This document shows, piece after piece, positions 27,470 through 42,078 of a DNA stretch of 64,000 nt. Below the pieces are notes generated by a model that saw nothing but the letters and a program-made list of their open reading frames with translations, was not told where the DNA came from and ran no database searches. Position numbers and translations under genes: made by a program. The stretch comes from Octopus vulgaris (lineage: Eukaryota): positions 13,516,001 to 13,580,000 of the forward strand of contig OX597816.1 of NCBI GenBank assembly GCA_951406725.2. The letters are read 5' to 3'. Position 1 is the first letter of the stretch. Every line of letters begins with the position of its first letter.

Positions 27470-27986
27470 GTAAGTATATGTGTGTGTGTATATATCTCCT
27501 TGTGAATATTTGTGTTTATTTGTGTATGCGTGTTAAATTATATATTCCTTCTAGTTTAAATATTTATATACTTCTGTCTTTCTGAGCGGAATGCTTTCAT
27601 CCTAAAACTTAGCAAGTCTTTTATATTATATACGGTTCTGTTCGTACCCAATTCTATGTATTCAAATGATTTCAGTAACATGCAATATCTTTTAGTTTCC
27701 GAGTAAACTATAAGATATCGCATGAGCACTCGCCTATTCGTGCATACATATAGCAGGAACAATTGTAAGCTAATGGATGTCATTACATAACGTTTGTTTA
27801 TTTATCTAACTGTATAGATACATTAGAGATTCATGGACCGAGAGTTAAGTGCTATGCATGCATGCAAACATACAAACATACAAACATACATACATACATG
27901 CATGCATACATACATACATACATACATACATACATACATACATACATACATACATACATACATGCATGCATGCATACATACATAAC

Positions 27987-28139
27987 ACATACAGGTAGAC
28001 AGACACGTATATATATGTACATACATACATAATACATACAGGTAGACAGACACGTATATATATATACATACATAATACATACAGGTAGACAGACACGTAT
28101 ATATATATACATACATAATACATACAGGTAGACAGACAC

Positions 28140-28141
<2 letters not shown>
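27987..28141. repeat. ~43-bp minisatellite (4 copies) within (CATA)n/(TA)n
   Basis: acatacaggtagacagacacg occurs four times at about 43-47 bp spacing. Confidence 0.85.
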
Positions 28142-28198
<57 letters not shown>

Positions 28199-28297
28199 CA
28201 TACATACATACATACATGAATACATACATTTGTGAGTGTGTTTGTGTAATTTCATATTATACATATGTATATACATGCATCTTTACATATATGTATG

Positions 28298-28518
28298 TGC
28301 GTAGGTGCCGAAAAGTTTCTGGCTTTGGGTAAATAAAACATATTCAAGCATCAGTTAATTATGACTTTATTCAGCATAATATTCCCCTCTCAGATTCACA
28401 CACTTATTGCAGCGGTCCTTCAGTTTTTTATGCCCTGTAAAAGAACTCGGAAGGTTGGATCTCCAGCCAGGCTTTTTGTGATACCCTTAAAACCAGGAAC
28501 TTCATAGCACCCGCTTCG
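28298..28518 (-). mobile_element. Mariner-derived MITE
   Basis: Imperfect TIRs ggtgccgaaaagtttctggcttt / aaaccaggaacttcatagcacc; minus strand encodes KLKDRCNKCVNLRGEY, a mariner C-terminus. Confidence 0.75.
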
Positions 28519-28641
28519 TATATGTAGAGACGTGTGTGTGTGTGTGTGTGTGTGTGTTTGCCGCTTCCCACCTGATATTGTAGGTCTGTTTACAACCCAG
28601 TTAATGGTTGACAAAAAGAAATCGACAAAATAAGAATGAGA

Positions 28642-29252
28642 CGGCGAGCTGGTAGAAACGTTAGCACGCCGGGCGAAATGCTTTGCGGTATTTCGTCTGC
28701 CGCTACGTTCTGAGTTCAAATTCCGCCGAGGTCGACTTTTCTTTTCATCCTTTCGGGGTCGATAAATTAAGTACCAGTTACGCACTGGGGTCAATGTAAT
28801 CGACTTGATCCGTTCGTCTGTCCTTGTTTTGTCCCCTCTATGTTTAGCCCCTTGTAGGTAGTAAACAAATAGAAATACGTATTTCCTCTGCCGCTACGTT
28901 GTGAGTTCAAATTCTGCCGAGGTCGACTTTGCCTTTCATCCTTTCGGGGTCGATAAATTAAGTACCAGTTACGCACTGGGGTCGATGTAATCGACTTGAT
29001 CCGTTTGTCTGTCCTTGTTTGTCCCCTCTATGTTTAGCCCCTTGTAGGTAGTAAAGAAATAGAAATACGTATTTTGTCTGCCGCTACGTTCTGAGTCCAA
29101 ATTCCGCCGAGGTCGACTTTTCCTTTCATCCTTTCGGGGTCAATAAATTAAGTACCAGTTACGCACTGGGGTCGATATAATCGACTTAATCCGTCTGTCT
29201 GTCCTTGTTTCTCTCCTCTGTGTTTAGCCCCTTGTGGGCAATAAAGAAATAA
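28642..29252 (+). mobile_element. SINE family A trimer
   Basis: One head followed by three ~188-bp tandem bodies. Confidence 0.92.
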
Positions 29253-30419
29253 GAATGAGACTCAAAATAAAATGAGGGTCAACTTGATTGATTAAATATT
29301 ATGGCAGTGCCTCAGCATGACAAAAACAAGTAAAAGAATCAAAGTATATAAGAATGTATGTACGTGTGTCTACCTGTGTGTATGTATGCGTGTGATTTAT
29401 CCTTCTTCCTCCGATGTGAGTGAGTAGAATGAGAGAGGAGGAAAGAGAGATAGAGAGAAAAGGAAAGAGAGAGAGGGGGGTTGTACCTTCGCATTTATCT
29501 CAGCGTGTCTCACAATTCGCAATAAAATTAACAACTGACAAAAGGGAAAACTAAAACACATCAAAACGATAAAATGGACGATAACGAAACAGAATTTTCA
29601 ATAAAGATAAATCAGTGAAAATGAATTGTTGGGAGGAAACGGACGAGAAAACCACGTTTAGGAAGATAATATATATATATATATACATATATAGAATTGT
29701 TTCTTCCCTTCTTTACCACTTGAAATTGGTACAATGCTATAGCAATAGTCATATCTTAATGATTGTGAAGTATTTCACACATCATCTCTTACTTCCATTG
29801 ATATGTCCTGCAGCTTTTTGAACCGAATGATCAATTGTCCACTACTCCCTCAAGTGTTAAATTCATTGACTGCTGACTTGTGTTGTTCAACACAATCTTT
29901 TCAATCATCTCCTATCATTGATTGGAATAAACTTACCATTCTTCTTCTTAGTTTCTAGCAGCTACGAGATCTGTTATCATGCAAAGCACCAGAAATTTAC
30001 TGTAACTGTTACACAAAGTGCATTATTTTCCTTAAATATAGAGATTTCGGTGTTACTACGAATAATTAGACTGCGTGGTGGCAGAACCTGGTTGAATTGT
30101 TAGCGCATCGAATAAAAAGCTTAGCGCCATTCTTTCCGTCTCGTAACATTCTGAGTTCGAATTCTGCTGCGGCCGACTTTTTCTTTCATCTATTAGGGTC
30201 GATAAGATAAAGAACCAATGAGGTCGATGTAATTGACTTACCTCTTCTCCTAAAATTGTTGGCTTTATACCAAAATGGGTAACTCTGCAACAGACCGCTG
30301 TCCCGTCCGCTTATCTTTATAGATGTATATATGTACGCATGTATTTATTTGTGCGTGTATGTGTGTGTCTATAAGAAACTATCCTACTTTCTATATTCAA
30401 CGATATATATTTTAATATC

Positions 30420-30746
30420 GGGGACCCCCTTCGGTCACGACACTGACCATGGGATTGCAACTAGAAAGTTACCCTCCTAGTCACAAGTCTGAGCAAGGTG
30501 GTTTATGGAAGACCAGCAGTCGCCCATGCATACCGGCCTCCCCTCTCCACGCCATCAGTGTTATCCAAGGGAAAGGGGCCGATACATCTTGGCACCTGTG
30601 ACGTCGCAATTCATTTCTACAGCTGAGCGAACTGGAGCAACGTGAAATAAAGTGTCTTGCTCAAGAACACAACACGCAGCCCGGTCCGAGATTCGAGCTC
30701 ACAACCTCACGATCGTAAGCTCGACGCTCTAAACACTGAGCCATGC
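30420..30746 (-). mobile_element. SINE family D
   Basis: Second copy of 23030-23366. Confidence 0.9.
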
Positions 30747-30904
30747 TGGTATTTTTACATATGTAAAGCATAATCTGTTATACATATATATATATTATGA
30801 TAATTGTTTTGTTTTTTCTTATAGATAAATTGACATAATATAATGTCTAAAAGTTTATGAATACCACCTCTTGATCCCCACCATTTTCTTATTGCCATAT
30901 ATAT

Positions 30905-31175
30905 ATGAAATTAATAAAAACAGTTGTTTGCAACCTTATACCGTAAAGTAAAATTATAGTCGTCAATTAAACTTGACAAAGGGCGGGAACAACGCCTACA
31001 TTGCTAGAAATAGGAGCTAGATTGTTCCAATGCTGTTACAAAGAACATAACATATATTCTGATAGGAGCCGCAATCGTCCTGAACACCAGACCGAGAACT
31101 CCTTCGGCTATTTCCGTAGCCATCTTCCGTAAGACCAGCTCGTTCGATTGATTCCGGGTTACTTCGCCTATCAGA

Positions 31176-31213
<38 letters not shown>

Positions 31214-31396
31214 GCCATGATAGATCGTTTTTTTTTTCTCTCCTTGTTCCTCTCCTTGTTTTTTTCTGTGTCCCTTTCTGTAGAAGAGCGTAGGCTCGAA
31301 ACGTAAAAGACATTTTCTATTCCTGAGCATTATACTAATAAATCTGTTTGTTTTGTACAACACATGTCTACGTCTTTTGTTTTTTTCATAAACTCT

Positions 31397-31462
<66 letters not shown>

Positions 31463-32028
31463 CATAAAAATGTATAGATGATTTAGCATATCGCTAATGT
31501 GGATACAAAAAATTAATAATAACAGCTGTTTGCAACATTATACCGTAAAGGAAAATTATAGTTGTCAATTAAACTTGACTAAGGATGTGATTAACACCTA
31601 CATTGCTGAAAATAAATGTGCTTTATAGCAGCATTGGAACATTTTAGCTCCTATTTCTAGCAACGTAGGTGTTACTCACAACCTTAGTCAAGTTTAGCTG
31701 ACGCCTGTAATTCTCCTTACAGTAGAACATTTATAAAATTTTTGTACATACATTAGCGATCCGCTAAATCATCCATAAATTTTTATGGTGAACATATTAT
31801 ACTCTGATAGGCGAGGTAGCCCGGAATCAACCGAATGAGCTGGCCTTACGAATGAGGTGGCTACGGAAATTGCTGAAATTGGCCGGTGAGTCTAAAGAAC
31901 TCTTGGTTCAGGGTGACCGCAGCCCCCATCGGAGTATGTTTTGTGCTTTGTAACAACATTGTAGCATTTTAGCTACTATTTCTATCAATGCAGGTGTTAT
32001 TCACACCTTGAGTCAAGTTTAGTTGATG
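30905..32028. mobile_element. Tandem and inverted array of a ~325-nt non-coding unit carrying a degenerate HHR (retrozyme/pLTR-like)
   Basis: Unit fragments at 30905-31180 and 31459-31615 in one orientation and 31618-32028 in the other (period 31618 to 31943); HHR-like cores at 31844-31897 (+) and 31102-31134 (-). Confidence 0.7.
31210..31400 (+). mobile_element. Penelope-like 3' terminal fragment with minimal HHR (31274-31309) between (TA)n tracts
   Basis: CUUU CUGUAGA A GAGC-GUAG-GCUC GAA ACGU A | AAAG; same family as 39770-39925 and 56255-56446. Confidence 0.75.
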
Positions 32029-32067
<39 letters not shown>

Positions 32068-32107
32068 ACACACACACACACACAACACACATATATATAA
32101 ATATATA

Positions 32108-32140
<33 letters not shown>

Positions 32141-32170
32141 ATGTATATATATACTCTTTTTTTTTTTTTT

Positions 32171-32566
32171 TACTCTTTTTACTTGTTTCAGTCATTTGAC
32201 TGCGGCCATGCTAGACACCGCCTTTAGTCGAGCAACTCGACCCCGGAACTTATTCTTTGTAAGCCCAGTACTTATTCTATCGGTCTCTTTTGCCGAACCG
32301 CTAAGTGACGGGGACGTAAACACACCAGCATCGCTTGTCAAGCAATGCTAGGGGAACAAACACAGACACAAACATATTCACACACACTTATATATATGTA
32401 CATATATACGACAGGCTTCTTTCAGTTTCCGTCTACCAAATCCACTCACACGGCATTGGTCAGCCCGGGGCTATAGCAGAAGACACTTGCCCAAGATGCC
32501 ACGCAGTGGACTGAACCGAACCATGTGGTTGGTTGGCAAGCTACTTACCAAACAGCCACTCCTGCG

Positions 32567-32568
<2 letters not shown>
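32171..32568 (-). mobile_element. SINE family B, full length
   Basis: Reverse complement of the consensus. Confidence 0.92.
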
Positions 32569-32656
<88 letters not shown>

Positions 32657-32699
32657 CAAAATGGGACAAGAACGCAAAACATCCGGACAGCTAGGTGAT

Positions 32700-32737
<38 letters not shown>

Positions 32738-32789
32738 TACACACGCACAAACACACTTGCATAGAAACGTATGTACATGTACGTGTGTG

Positions 32790-32820
<31 letters not shown>

Positions 32821-33155
32821 ATGTGTGTGTGTATGTGTGTGCATGTGTGTGTGTGTGTAGGTAATGTATATACGTATCTACGTGTTTACAATCGCTCACG
32901 GTTGACTTTGCAAAAGGTAAATAATAAATGACTTTTTGGCGACGAACATGATTTATTAAGCGGTAAACATTTCAGTAATTTCTTAATGACAGTTTGAATA
33001 ATGCCACTGTTGACTTCTTTTTTATCATTTCTCTTCTATATCAATGCTGGAAATCAATCTCTAGATCGAAATTTATCAGTGCCCCACATTCGCGGTGGAG
33101 ATCACAAACTAACCGACTTCAGTAATGGAGACAATAAAGGACGAAATAACCTGAC

Positions 33156-33942
33156 CTATTTCTTTATTACCCACAAGGGGCTAAACACAGAGGAGACAAA
33201 CAAGGACAGATAGACGAATTAAGTCGATTAGATCGATACCAGTGCGTAACTGGTACTTAATTTATCGACACCCGAAATGATGAAAGGCAAAGTGGACTTC
33301 GGTGGAATTTGAACCTAGAACACAAAGACAGACAAAATACCTATTTCTTTACTACCCACAAGGGGCTAAACACAGAGAGGACAAACAAGGACAGACTAAC
33401 GGATTAAGTCGATTATATCGACCCCATCGCGTAACTGGTACTTAAGTTATCGATCCCGAAAGGATGAAAGGCAAAGTCGACTTCGGCGGAATTTGAACTC
33501 ACAACGTAACGGCAGACGAAATACCTAGTTTTTTACTACCCACAATGGGACTAAACACAGAGGAGACAAACAAGGACAGACAGACGAATTAAGTCGATTA
33601 TATCGACCCCATCGCGTAACTGGTACTTAAGTTATCGATCCCGAAAGGATGAAAGGCAAAGTCGACCTCGGCGGAATTTGAGCTCAGAACGTAGCGACGG
33701 GCAAAATACCTATTTCTTTACTACCCACAAGGGGCTATACTCAGAGGAGACAAACAAGGACAAACAGACGAATTAAGTCGATTATATCGATACCAGTGCG
33801 TAACTGGTACTTAATTTTATCGACCCCGAAAGGATGAAAGGCAAAGTCGACCTCGGCCGAATTTGAACTCAGAACGTAACGGCAGACGAAATACAGCTAA
33901 GCATTTCGCCCGGTGCGCTAACGTTTCTGCCAGCTCACCGCC
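33156..33942 (-). mobile_element. SINE family A tetramer
   Basis: Four ~185-bp tandem bodies starting near 33156, 33341, 33525 and 33710; single head at 33942. Confidence 0.92.
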
Positions 33943-34211
33943 TTGAAATACAAAACCTGTCGCAATTTAGATCGACTAAAATGTAAGCTAAATTAATAGA
34001 AAAACATGATATAACTATAAAATGTCAATAAGAAAGAGCCCTTGATACTGCAATTTGGTTGATTTTGATTAAAACATTTGAAAATGTCCTGGCCTCTTTA
34101 TTCCATTTCTCGCAGCACTTTTCCGCCATTCGAGGTTGAAGTTGAAGCTGCCATTACTCTTTACTCTCTTTATTTGTATCAGTCATTTGACTGCGGCCTT
34201 GCTGGAGCACA

Positions 34212-34779
34212 TTACAGTCCCTTCTGATCAAAATATTATAAAAAAGAAAAGAAGTGGCGAAATTGTCGAAGTACAAAGATCTCGAAATTGAAGTATTCAA
34301 AATGTGGGGCATAACGGTAAAAACAATACCAATAATGATTGGAGCATTGGGCATGACAAAAAATCATATGAGCCAAAATATAGAAGCTATACTTAGATCT
34401 TCGACACTACACACTTTCCAAAATAGAGCCTTGTTATGAACAGCCCACATCCTACGCAAGACACTATCAATCTAATAATACAACCTGAACAAAATAACCC
34501 ACAAATATAAGACACATACTATACAGCATTTACCCAATGAAATAAACTCCAACCAGTAATCCAGAAAACCAAAGCATTACACACTCAACCCACCGTATTA
34601 GCAATAACACAACAAAAGATTGCACCAAAAAACTAACACAATACAGTACCGGGAATAGTTCGCACTCTCCCATCAGCAGAAAAGAACACACGATGCTGCA
34701 CACACTCCAACAACACGGAGGTGTAGCAGGTGATGCAGTAGAAATTTGCTTTAATCTACCAAATATTGAACAGCTATAT

Positions 34780-34780
<1 letters not shown>
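34212..34780 (+). mobile_element. R4/Dong 3' fragment (RLE C-terminus and 3' UTR), older copy
   Basis: KLSKYKDLEIEVFKMWGITVKTIPIMIGALG...AHILRKTLS, ending at (AAT)n. Confidence 0.8.
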
Positions 34781-35285
<505 letters not shown>

Positions 35286-35494
35286 ATTAATAGTTCCAAA
35301 TGTTGGTACAAGGCCAGCAGGGTTAGGGAAGGTGCTGAGTCGATTAAATCGACCCAAGTGTTCAACTGGTACTTAATTTATCGAACGCGAATGGATGAAA
35401 GGTAAAGTCGGCCTCGACAGAATTCGAACTAAGAAATTCGAACTAAGAATTTTTGCGCGGTTTGTTAACGATTCTGCTAGCTGGCCGGTCTATC

Positions 35495-35552
<58 letters not shown>

Positions 35553-36896
35553 TCATTTTGCCACAAGCGTGATGAATGGATGGACATTACGAGAACAAAT
35601 TACAAAGTAAGTACTTTGAGGACAGTTTTGCCATTCTCCTCAAAGTTTCTTGCTCTGTGTGTGTGTGTGCGTGTGTGTGGAAAAGAATGAGATACACAGT
35701 ATCTTTGTTCGACTGTTTTGCGTGTGCGTGCCAATATGTTTCGTTCGTTATCTTCTCTATCGCTTTTTCGTCGATGAATCCCTGCATGTAATTCGTAAAT
35801 GCATTTTATCATGCATTTTAATTACCCGTTTCAATGAAGAAATAATTGGATGTAATAGCTACGTATTCTAGCATCATTAGATGTCGCTACTTTATTTACA
35901 AACGTACCCGCAACCCCCAACCCCTCCTTTTTCAACAACAAACTCATAGATATTGCGTTTGGAAACACAAATGCAATTTTTCCCTATATTACAAAACGAG
36001 TGAGAACATTTCGATTATACAACTAAGACTGTGCATCACCAAAGCTCACTTTGAACACTGTTCGACACGCAACTGTTTATACAAATCGATAATGCATTCA
36101 ATTGAATCTACATGGCTACATCTCTACAACCCCCACCACCAACGACAACACCAGCATCATCATCATTGTCATTATCATCATCATCGTCATTATCATTATT
36201 ATAGTCATCCTCATCGCCATCATCATAATCGGAACATTTTACAATCAGTTCCGCCTTGCTCTCCAGGAGGGAATTAGAAAATGCATATTTCTGCATGCAA
36301 TTTTAAAGCCACACAACACGTATTTTGAATATTAGCAGAGTGATTTCTAGCAAATGGAATTCATTTTATGGCCATTTGGAAGGAACGTTGCTATGAGAAT
36401 TCCGGTTTTTGCTTGTTTATTTTGGCAGATTTTATATTTTCGGTTAGATTATTATTGCTTCAGTTAGTTCTACTATAAAGCCGTGTTAGTTGGCTAGATT
36501 TTCCTTTTAGATTTATTGGACAGGTTTTGCTTTCATCCCTTCATCCCAACGATTCTCGTCGGCCCAGTCCACCAATTTGATAATAGAGATAAAAACGTTC
36601 AACTCTCCACAGCCCTGAGGTACTTAGCTCCTGTTTTTGGATGTTAAACTGATGGATATGCGTAGGATATATCCATCCAAGATAAAATTCCCGCTTGTGC
36701 AGATCCTTATTCCCATTCACCTTAGTATAATGAGGGGCGTTCGTAACTCAATGAACAGTTCAAATACACAACGAAACAGTGCATTAGTATCGAACCCCAA
36801 CATTTTAGCAGGTTGCCAAATGCCATGTTACTTACGACTACTTTAAGACACTCATAATCGGTGTAATAAATACAATAAAACAGTTACGATACACAG

Positions 36897-37195
36897 TGGA
36901 GGCGAAATGGCTCAGTGGTTAGGGTAGCTGACTCGCGGTCGGAAGATCACGGTCCCGATTCCCAGACCGGGCGTTGTGTGTGTTTATTGAGCGAAAACAC
37001 TTAAAGCTCCACAAGGCTCTGGCAGGGGGTGGTAGCCACCCCTGTTGTACTCTTTCGTCCCAACTTTCTCTCACTCTTGAGTAACGCTGCGATGCACTGG
37101 CGTCCTGTCCAGCTGGGGGGGAACACATACGCTATAGAAACCGGGAAACCAGGCCCATGAGCCTGGCTAGGTTTGAAATGGGTGCAAGAAAGAAG
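36897..37195 (+). mobile_element. SINE family C with the alternative tail
   Basis: tggctcagtggttagg A box, ggtcccgattccc B box; tail as at 22098-22345. Confidence 0.88.
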
Positions 37196-38120
37196 AAAGA
37201 AGTCACCTTTATTACCGCGTATTAGATTAACGTTTTCCCAATAAGCTTGGGATGAAGGAACGTGGCGCAGTGGTCAGAGGTGTTATACGTAAAATTGTGG
37301 TTTCCATTTCTGGGACGACTGAAATGTTGTCCTTTTGAGTGAAACACTTTTTTGAGTGAAACACTTCACTTCACGCTTCTTCAATCCTCTCAGCTGTAAA
37401 TGAGTAAACCTGCGATTGACTAGCGTACCATCCTAGGGAATGTTGTGATCTCGGTGTCACTTATATGCTATCGGAACCGGGTGGCCAGCCCTATGAGTTC
37501 TGGAACTCGAGACAGTTATGTCCAGAGGTTACTTTTACCTTTTTGCTTAAATATGTTTAGAGAAAATTACGAAAAACAGTTCGAGTGTATGTTATCCTTG
37601 CAGATTCTCAATACAATCAATCACCAATAGACGATTTGTTCCGATATAATCCACATCCGATTTCTTGTTATTTATTCATACACACACACACATTTATATA
37701 TATTAGAAGCAGAAGGATATACATATATATATATAAATATATATGTTCTTCTTTTGCTTTCTAAAATGCTGGTTTACAATGCCAGCATCATGAAATAATA
37801 CTTGGTATGTTTAGCACAAAGCCTCACTATTACGCACACATACAAACACACACACACACATACACACAATATATATATATGTGCGTGTGTGTGCGTGTGT
37901 GTGTGTGCGAACGATAAATGTGAGTGTGTATATGTGTGATGGGCTTCCTTCAGTTTCCGGCTATCAAATCCACTCGCAAGGCTTTGCTCGACACACGGTT
38001 ATATTGCAAGACAGTTGCAACTGCCCGGAATAACTTGCACTGGTACTGAATTTGGAACTATGTGGTTTGGAAGCAATCTTCTTACCATACAGACACATTT
38101 GCGTCTGCAAAGATATAAAT

Positions 38121-39670
38121 TGTGTGCATTTGTCTTTGTTCCTCTTCGATTTAAAGCTCACACTTCTACGCCGTGACAGATGTAGAAGTGATTATCTCCC
38201 TTACAATAACTAGCTGCCTGAGCACGCCACATGTTTCATCGGGCAATTATCTTATAAAGAGAGAAAATATTGAAAATCTTTTATATATGTGTTTTGATGA
38301 ACAAACCTTCCTTTTCTGAAGTATTTTGTGTTTGGGGAACCAAAGGATGTCGGTGCTCATACAAACAGCAGATTCGTGTCGCCGAAGTTGTTTTTATTTA
38401 ATATACGTTTACATTAGACATTCACGTTGAAGAACAAAATGGAGTATGCAGGCGACAACGAGGTATTGGAGAGAAATGTTGTCGGCTTGAATTTAACACG
38501 AATTACTTTTTTCAGTATTCCCTACTAATTTGAATACCGCCATTGAGGCAACGAAGCCAGGAATATCATCAGAGCCAAGGAAAACTGGAATTAGAAATGT
38601 AATTACAGTATATCGAATTCATTGATTGGTTTAGACTGTTGGTAACTACTCAGTATTGACGTATTATAAACAATAATACAAATATTGTTAATCCTTTTTA
38701 ATGTAATCTTCTTCTAAAGATTAAGCCATTATTCAAAATGTTTTTATTGAGCTGAGAAAGGAAACGAGAATGCTTGAACCGACACAACAGAAATATTTCA
38801 AAAAAAAAAGTATTATTACTGTGGTTTTCCTGTACTTCTATTAAGATTGATAACAGTTCGAGCTGTATACGACCCGGAGAGTAATTCTAACTGGAGATTC
38901 GATTCATCTTCTAGCCATGTTACTCAAGCTGGTAAGATTACATATCTAAAGCAAAAAGTTGCAACCACTCACTAACCAAGAAATCTGAGAGAATTAGATA
39001 AAGATAAGAAGGCAATGGTGTCTCTGAAATCATTGAAATGCGTAGTGAAGCGAGGGGATAATATGCTTAAATCAATGAACTCTCGAAATAGTTAATCAAT
39101 TAAAATTGAACTTCCAATAATGAAGAAAAAAATTATTAGTTTCAATGAAAATTCTTGTCCAGAAAAACGAGAAGGCTTTGAAATACAAATTGAACAAAAA
39201 TTGAAATGAGGGAACACTAAAGCAGTGGGGAATGAATTTGACCTTTGATAAGTATGCTTACAAGTCTGTACATGCTCCGGTCTTATCAAGTCTCTTCAGT
39301 GAGTGCTAATCTTATTTGGAGCTTAGTGTAATAAATGAAAGTGGATTTGAGATCATCCCATTTGCAAGGTATTAAGAAATATTATATCTTAGATATTGCA
39401 TTAGTACACGAGAGCATCTGAAGGCAGTAATGAAGGCTAATAAGACACCAATTACAAAAATTGCTCACGTTTCATGGACAAACGAGAGCCGGGTTCTTTA
39501 GGCAAGGATGCAGTGATGTCTGTAGTGGTGATTTCATTGGTGAGCCAATCACTTATTAACCTCATTTCTCTTCTGTATATTCGTTGATCTGCTGATATTC
39601 TCCAGTACCAGTAACTGCTTGCTGACATCGACAATTCCAAGAGCATTTTGCAAACTACTCTAACATTAGT
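38121..39670 (+). pseudogene. Very old hAT (ZMYM1/Tip100-like) transposase relic
   Basis: Faint motifs in the expected order: IKER (~38254), TRW-like tatacgacccgg (~38867), and PVTA...RAFCKL resembling the dimerisation motif (~39608-39657). Confidence 0.45.
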
Positions 39671-39769
39671 TTAATAAATATTTTTACAACCATCTTCCAA
39701 AGCCCTGTTCCCACAAAGACACACAGACGCACGCATTTGTTATATATGCTTAACCGCTAGTTCTACAAG

Positions 39770-39925
39770 TTTTATTTTTTTCATTTATTGTCTCTTATTC
39801 CTTTCTGCTGCTGAGCGTTGACTCGAAATGTGAAAGACTTTCATTTTCCCGAGCGTCAAACTAATACGCCTGCTTGTTGTTCATACACCTGACTTCGTCT
39901 TTTGTTTTTCTTTAAATTTCAACTA
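39770..39925 (+). mobile_element. Degenerate Penelope-like 3' terminal fragment (same family as 31210-31400)
   Basis: ctttctg...gagcgttgactcgaaatgtgaaagact...cccgagcg..actaata, ending at TA. Confidence 0.7.
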
Positions 39926-40129
39926 CATATATAAAGAAAAAGTTTATCAGGAATCAAATTTTTGCTTATTTTTGTTATTGCTTATACACTATGTGCATAA
40001 TATGCTTGTATACGTACGCCTAGGGTTAACACCGGTAGTAATCTACACCGGTAGTAAAACGGATACTCTTATTGCTCTTATCCCTTAGACGCTTATTCCA
40101 ACCGCTAACTCTACTAACCTATATATATA

Positions 40130-40230
<101 letters not shown>

Positions 40231-40423
40231 TATATATATATAAATTGGAAAAAACACCTTTTATCAATTCAAAATGAAAAATTAAATTACACTATCTAGA
40301 AAATTACATATAATAGACATATTAAATATAAGATAAAAAATAATATACTGGTGATTAAGTAATGTGCAAAATAATAAATAAAACGTATATATTATTTTAT
40401 ATATATATATACATATACATATA

Positions 40424-40657
40424 CAGGGTTGGCCAAAAGTCACCTGGCAGTAAATCAGAACCATTTAATTCCAAGATATATTTATATTTAACAACTGAAT
40501 GAATTTCATAAAAGCATCTGAATATGAAACATCAAGAAGATTGTTCAAATTAAAATCCTTCTTGAGCGATACATTTTCCCATTCGGGTCAATACAGAATT
40601 ACAGATAGTATAAAATAGAATTTTGATTTACTGTCAGGTGACTTTTGGCCAAACTTG
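40424..40657. mobile_element. Tc1/mariner MITE
   Basis: TIRs cagggttggccaaaagtcacctggcagtaaatca / tgatttactgtcaggtgacttttggccaaacttg, flanked by TA on both sides. Confidence 0.9.
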
Positions 40658-40835
40658 TATATCTGCGTGTGTGTGCGTGTGCTTGTGTTTTTGTGCGTGT
40701 GCGTGGGTGTGTGTAGTTTATTACACTTCGAAGTCACTGTGACTTCGAAATTTATCAAACCTGTATTCTGTTGAAAATATTGAGCAATCCTCAGTTAATG
40801 TTAAGTTTATATATAACTTGACATAAAATCAAACG

Positions 40836-40897
<62 letters not shown>

Positions 40898-40927
40898 TGT
40901 GTGTATGGCTGTGTATGCATAATATAT

Positions 40928-40959
<32 letters not shown>

Positions 40960-41107
40960 AGTCATACAGATAGATATAGAGATATACATACATACAACTA
41001 TACATACTTATGTATGTATGTGTGTATATATATATATATATAACATAATATATATATATACATATATATACATATATATATATATATATTATGTATATAT
41101 ATATGTA

Positions 41108-41156
<49 letters not shown>

Positions 41157-41642
41157 GTACATATATATATATAACACACGCACACACACATATATATATA
41201 ACACATATATATGTAAATATATACATATGAACATATATACATATATGAGTTATGTGTGTAGGTGTGTGTGCATGCATGTGTGTGCGTCTCTACGCAGACA
41301 CACGAACACATACATCGGAATTTCAATATTTTTCAAAGACAAAAATAAAAGAAATACTGCCAAAAAATAATGCAATGATTTATTGATATTTTGAATCAAC
41401 TGTCCTAAAATTTAGAAATCGATTGTATATAAATCAGAATTAATAGATTGTGTATAATCTACGCAATTTGCAATAACCATAAATACAAACATTCACGTCA
41501 CGAAACCGTTAGTGTCCTTTTGAAGGCTATGCTGAACAGACAATAAGTAATTGAGGTCGACTGCTTTAGTATGATTGAAGCATTGGCGTCCGTTGAACTG
41601 TTCAGGTCATTTGCCTGTGATAGAAAACATTATCACTAGGAA

Positions 41643-42078
41643 AGGCGGCGAACTGGCAGAAACGTTAGTACGCCGGGCGAAATGCTTTGCGGCATTTCGT
41701 CCGCCGCTGCGTTCTGAGTTCAGATTCCGCCAAGGTCGACTTTGCCTTTCATCCTTTCAGGATTGATAAATTAAGTACTAGTTATGCACTGGGGTTTATG
41801 TAATCGTCTTAATCCGTTTGTCTGTCCTTGTTTGTCCCCTATGTGTTTAGCCCCTTATGGGTAGTAAAGAAATAGAAAATATTATCACTGGGAGGTATTT
41901 CGTCCGCCGCTGCGTTCTGAGTTCAATTTCCGCCGGGGTCGACTTTGCCTTTCATCCTTTCAGGGTCGATAACTTAAGTACCAGTTACACACTGGGTCGA
42001 TGTAATCAACTTAATCCGTTTGTCTGTCCTTGTTTGTCTCCTCTATGTTTAGCCCCTTGTGGGTAGTAAAGAAATAGA
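41643..42078 (+). mobile_element. SINE family A dimer
   Basis: Head plus two bodies; gaaaacattatcact repeated at the junctions. Confidence 0.88.

Noticed and set aside
33156-33942. Regularly spaced repeats resembling a CRISPR array
   Set aside because: Whole ~185-bp units repeat with no unique spacers and no cas genes; eukaryotic SINE multimer.
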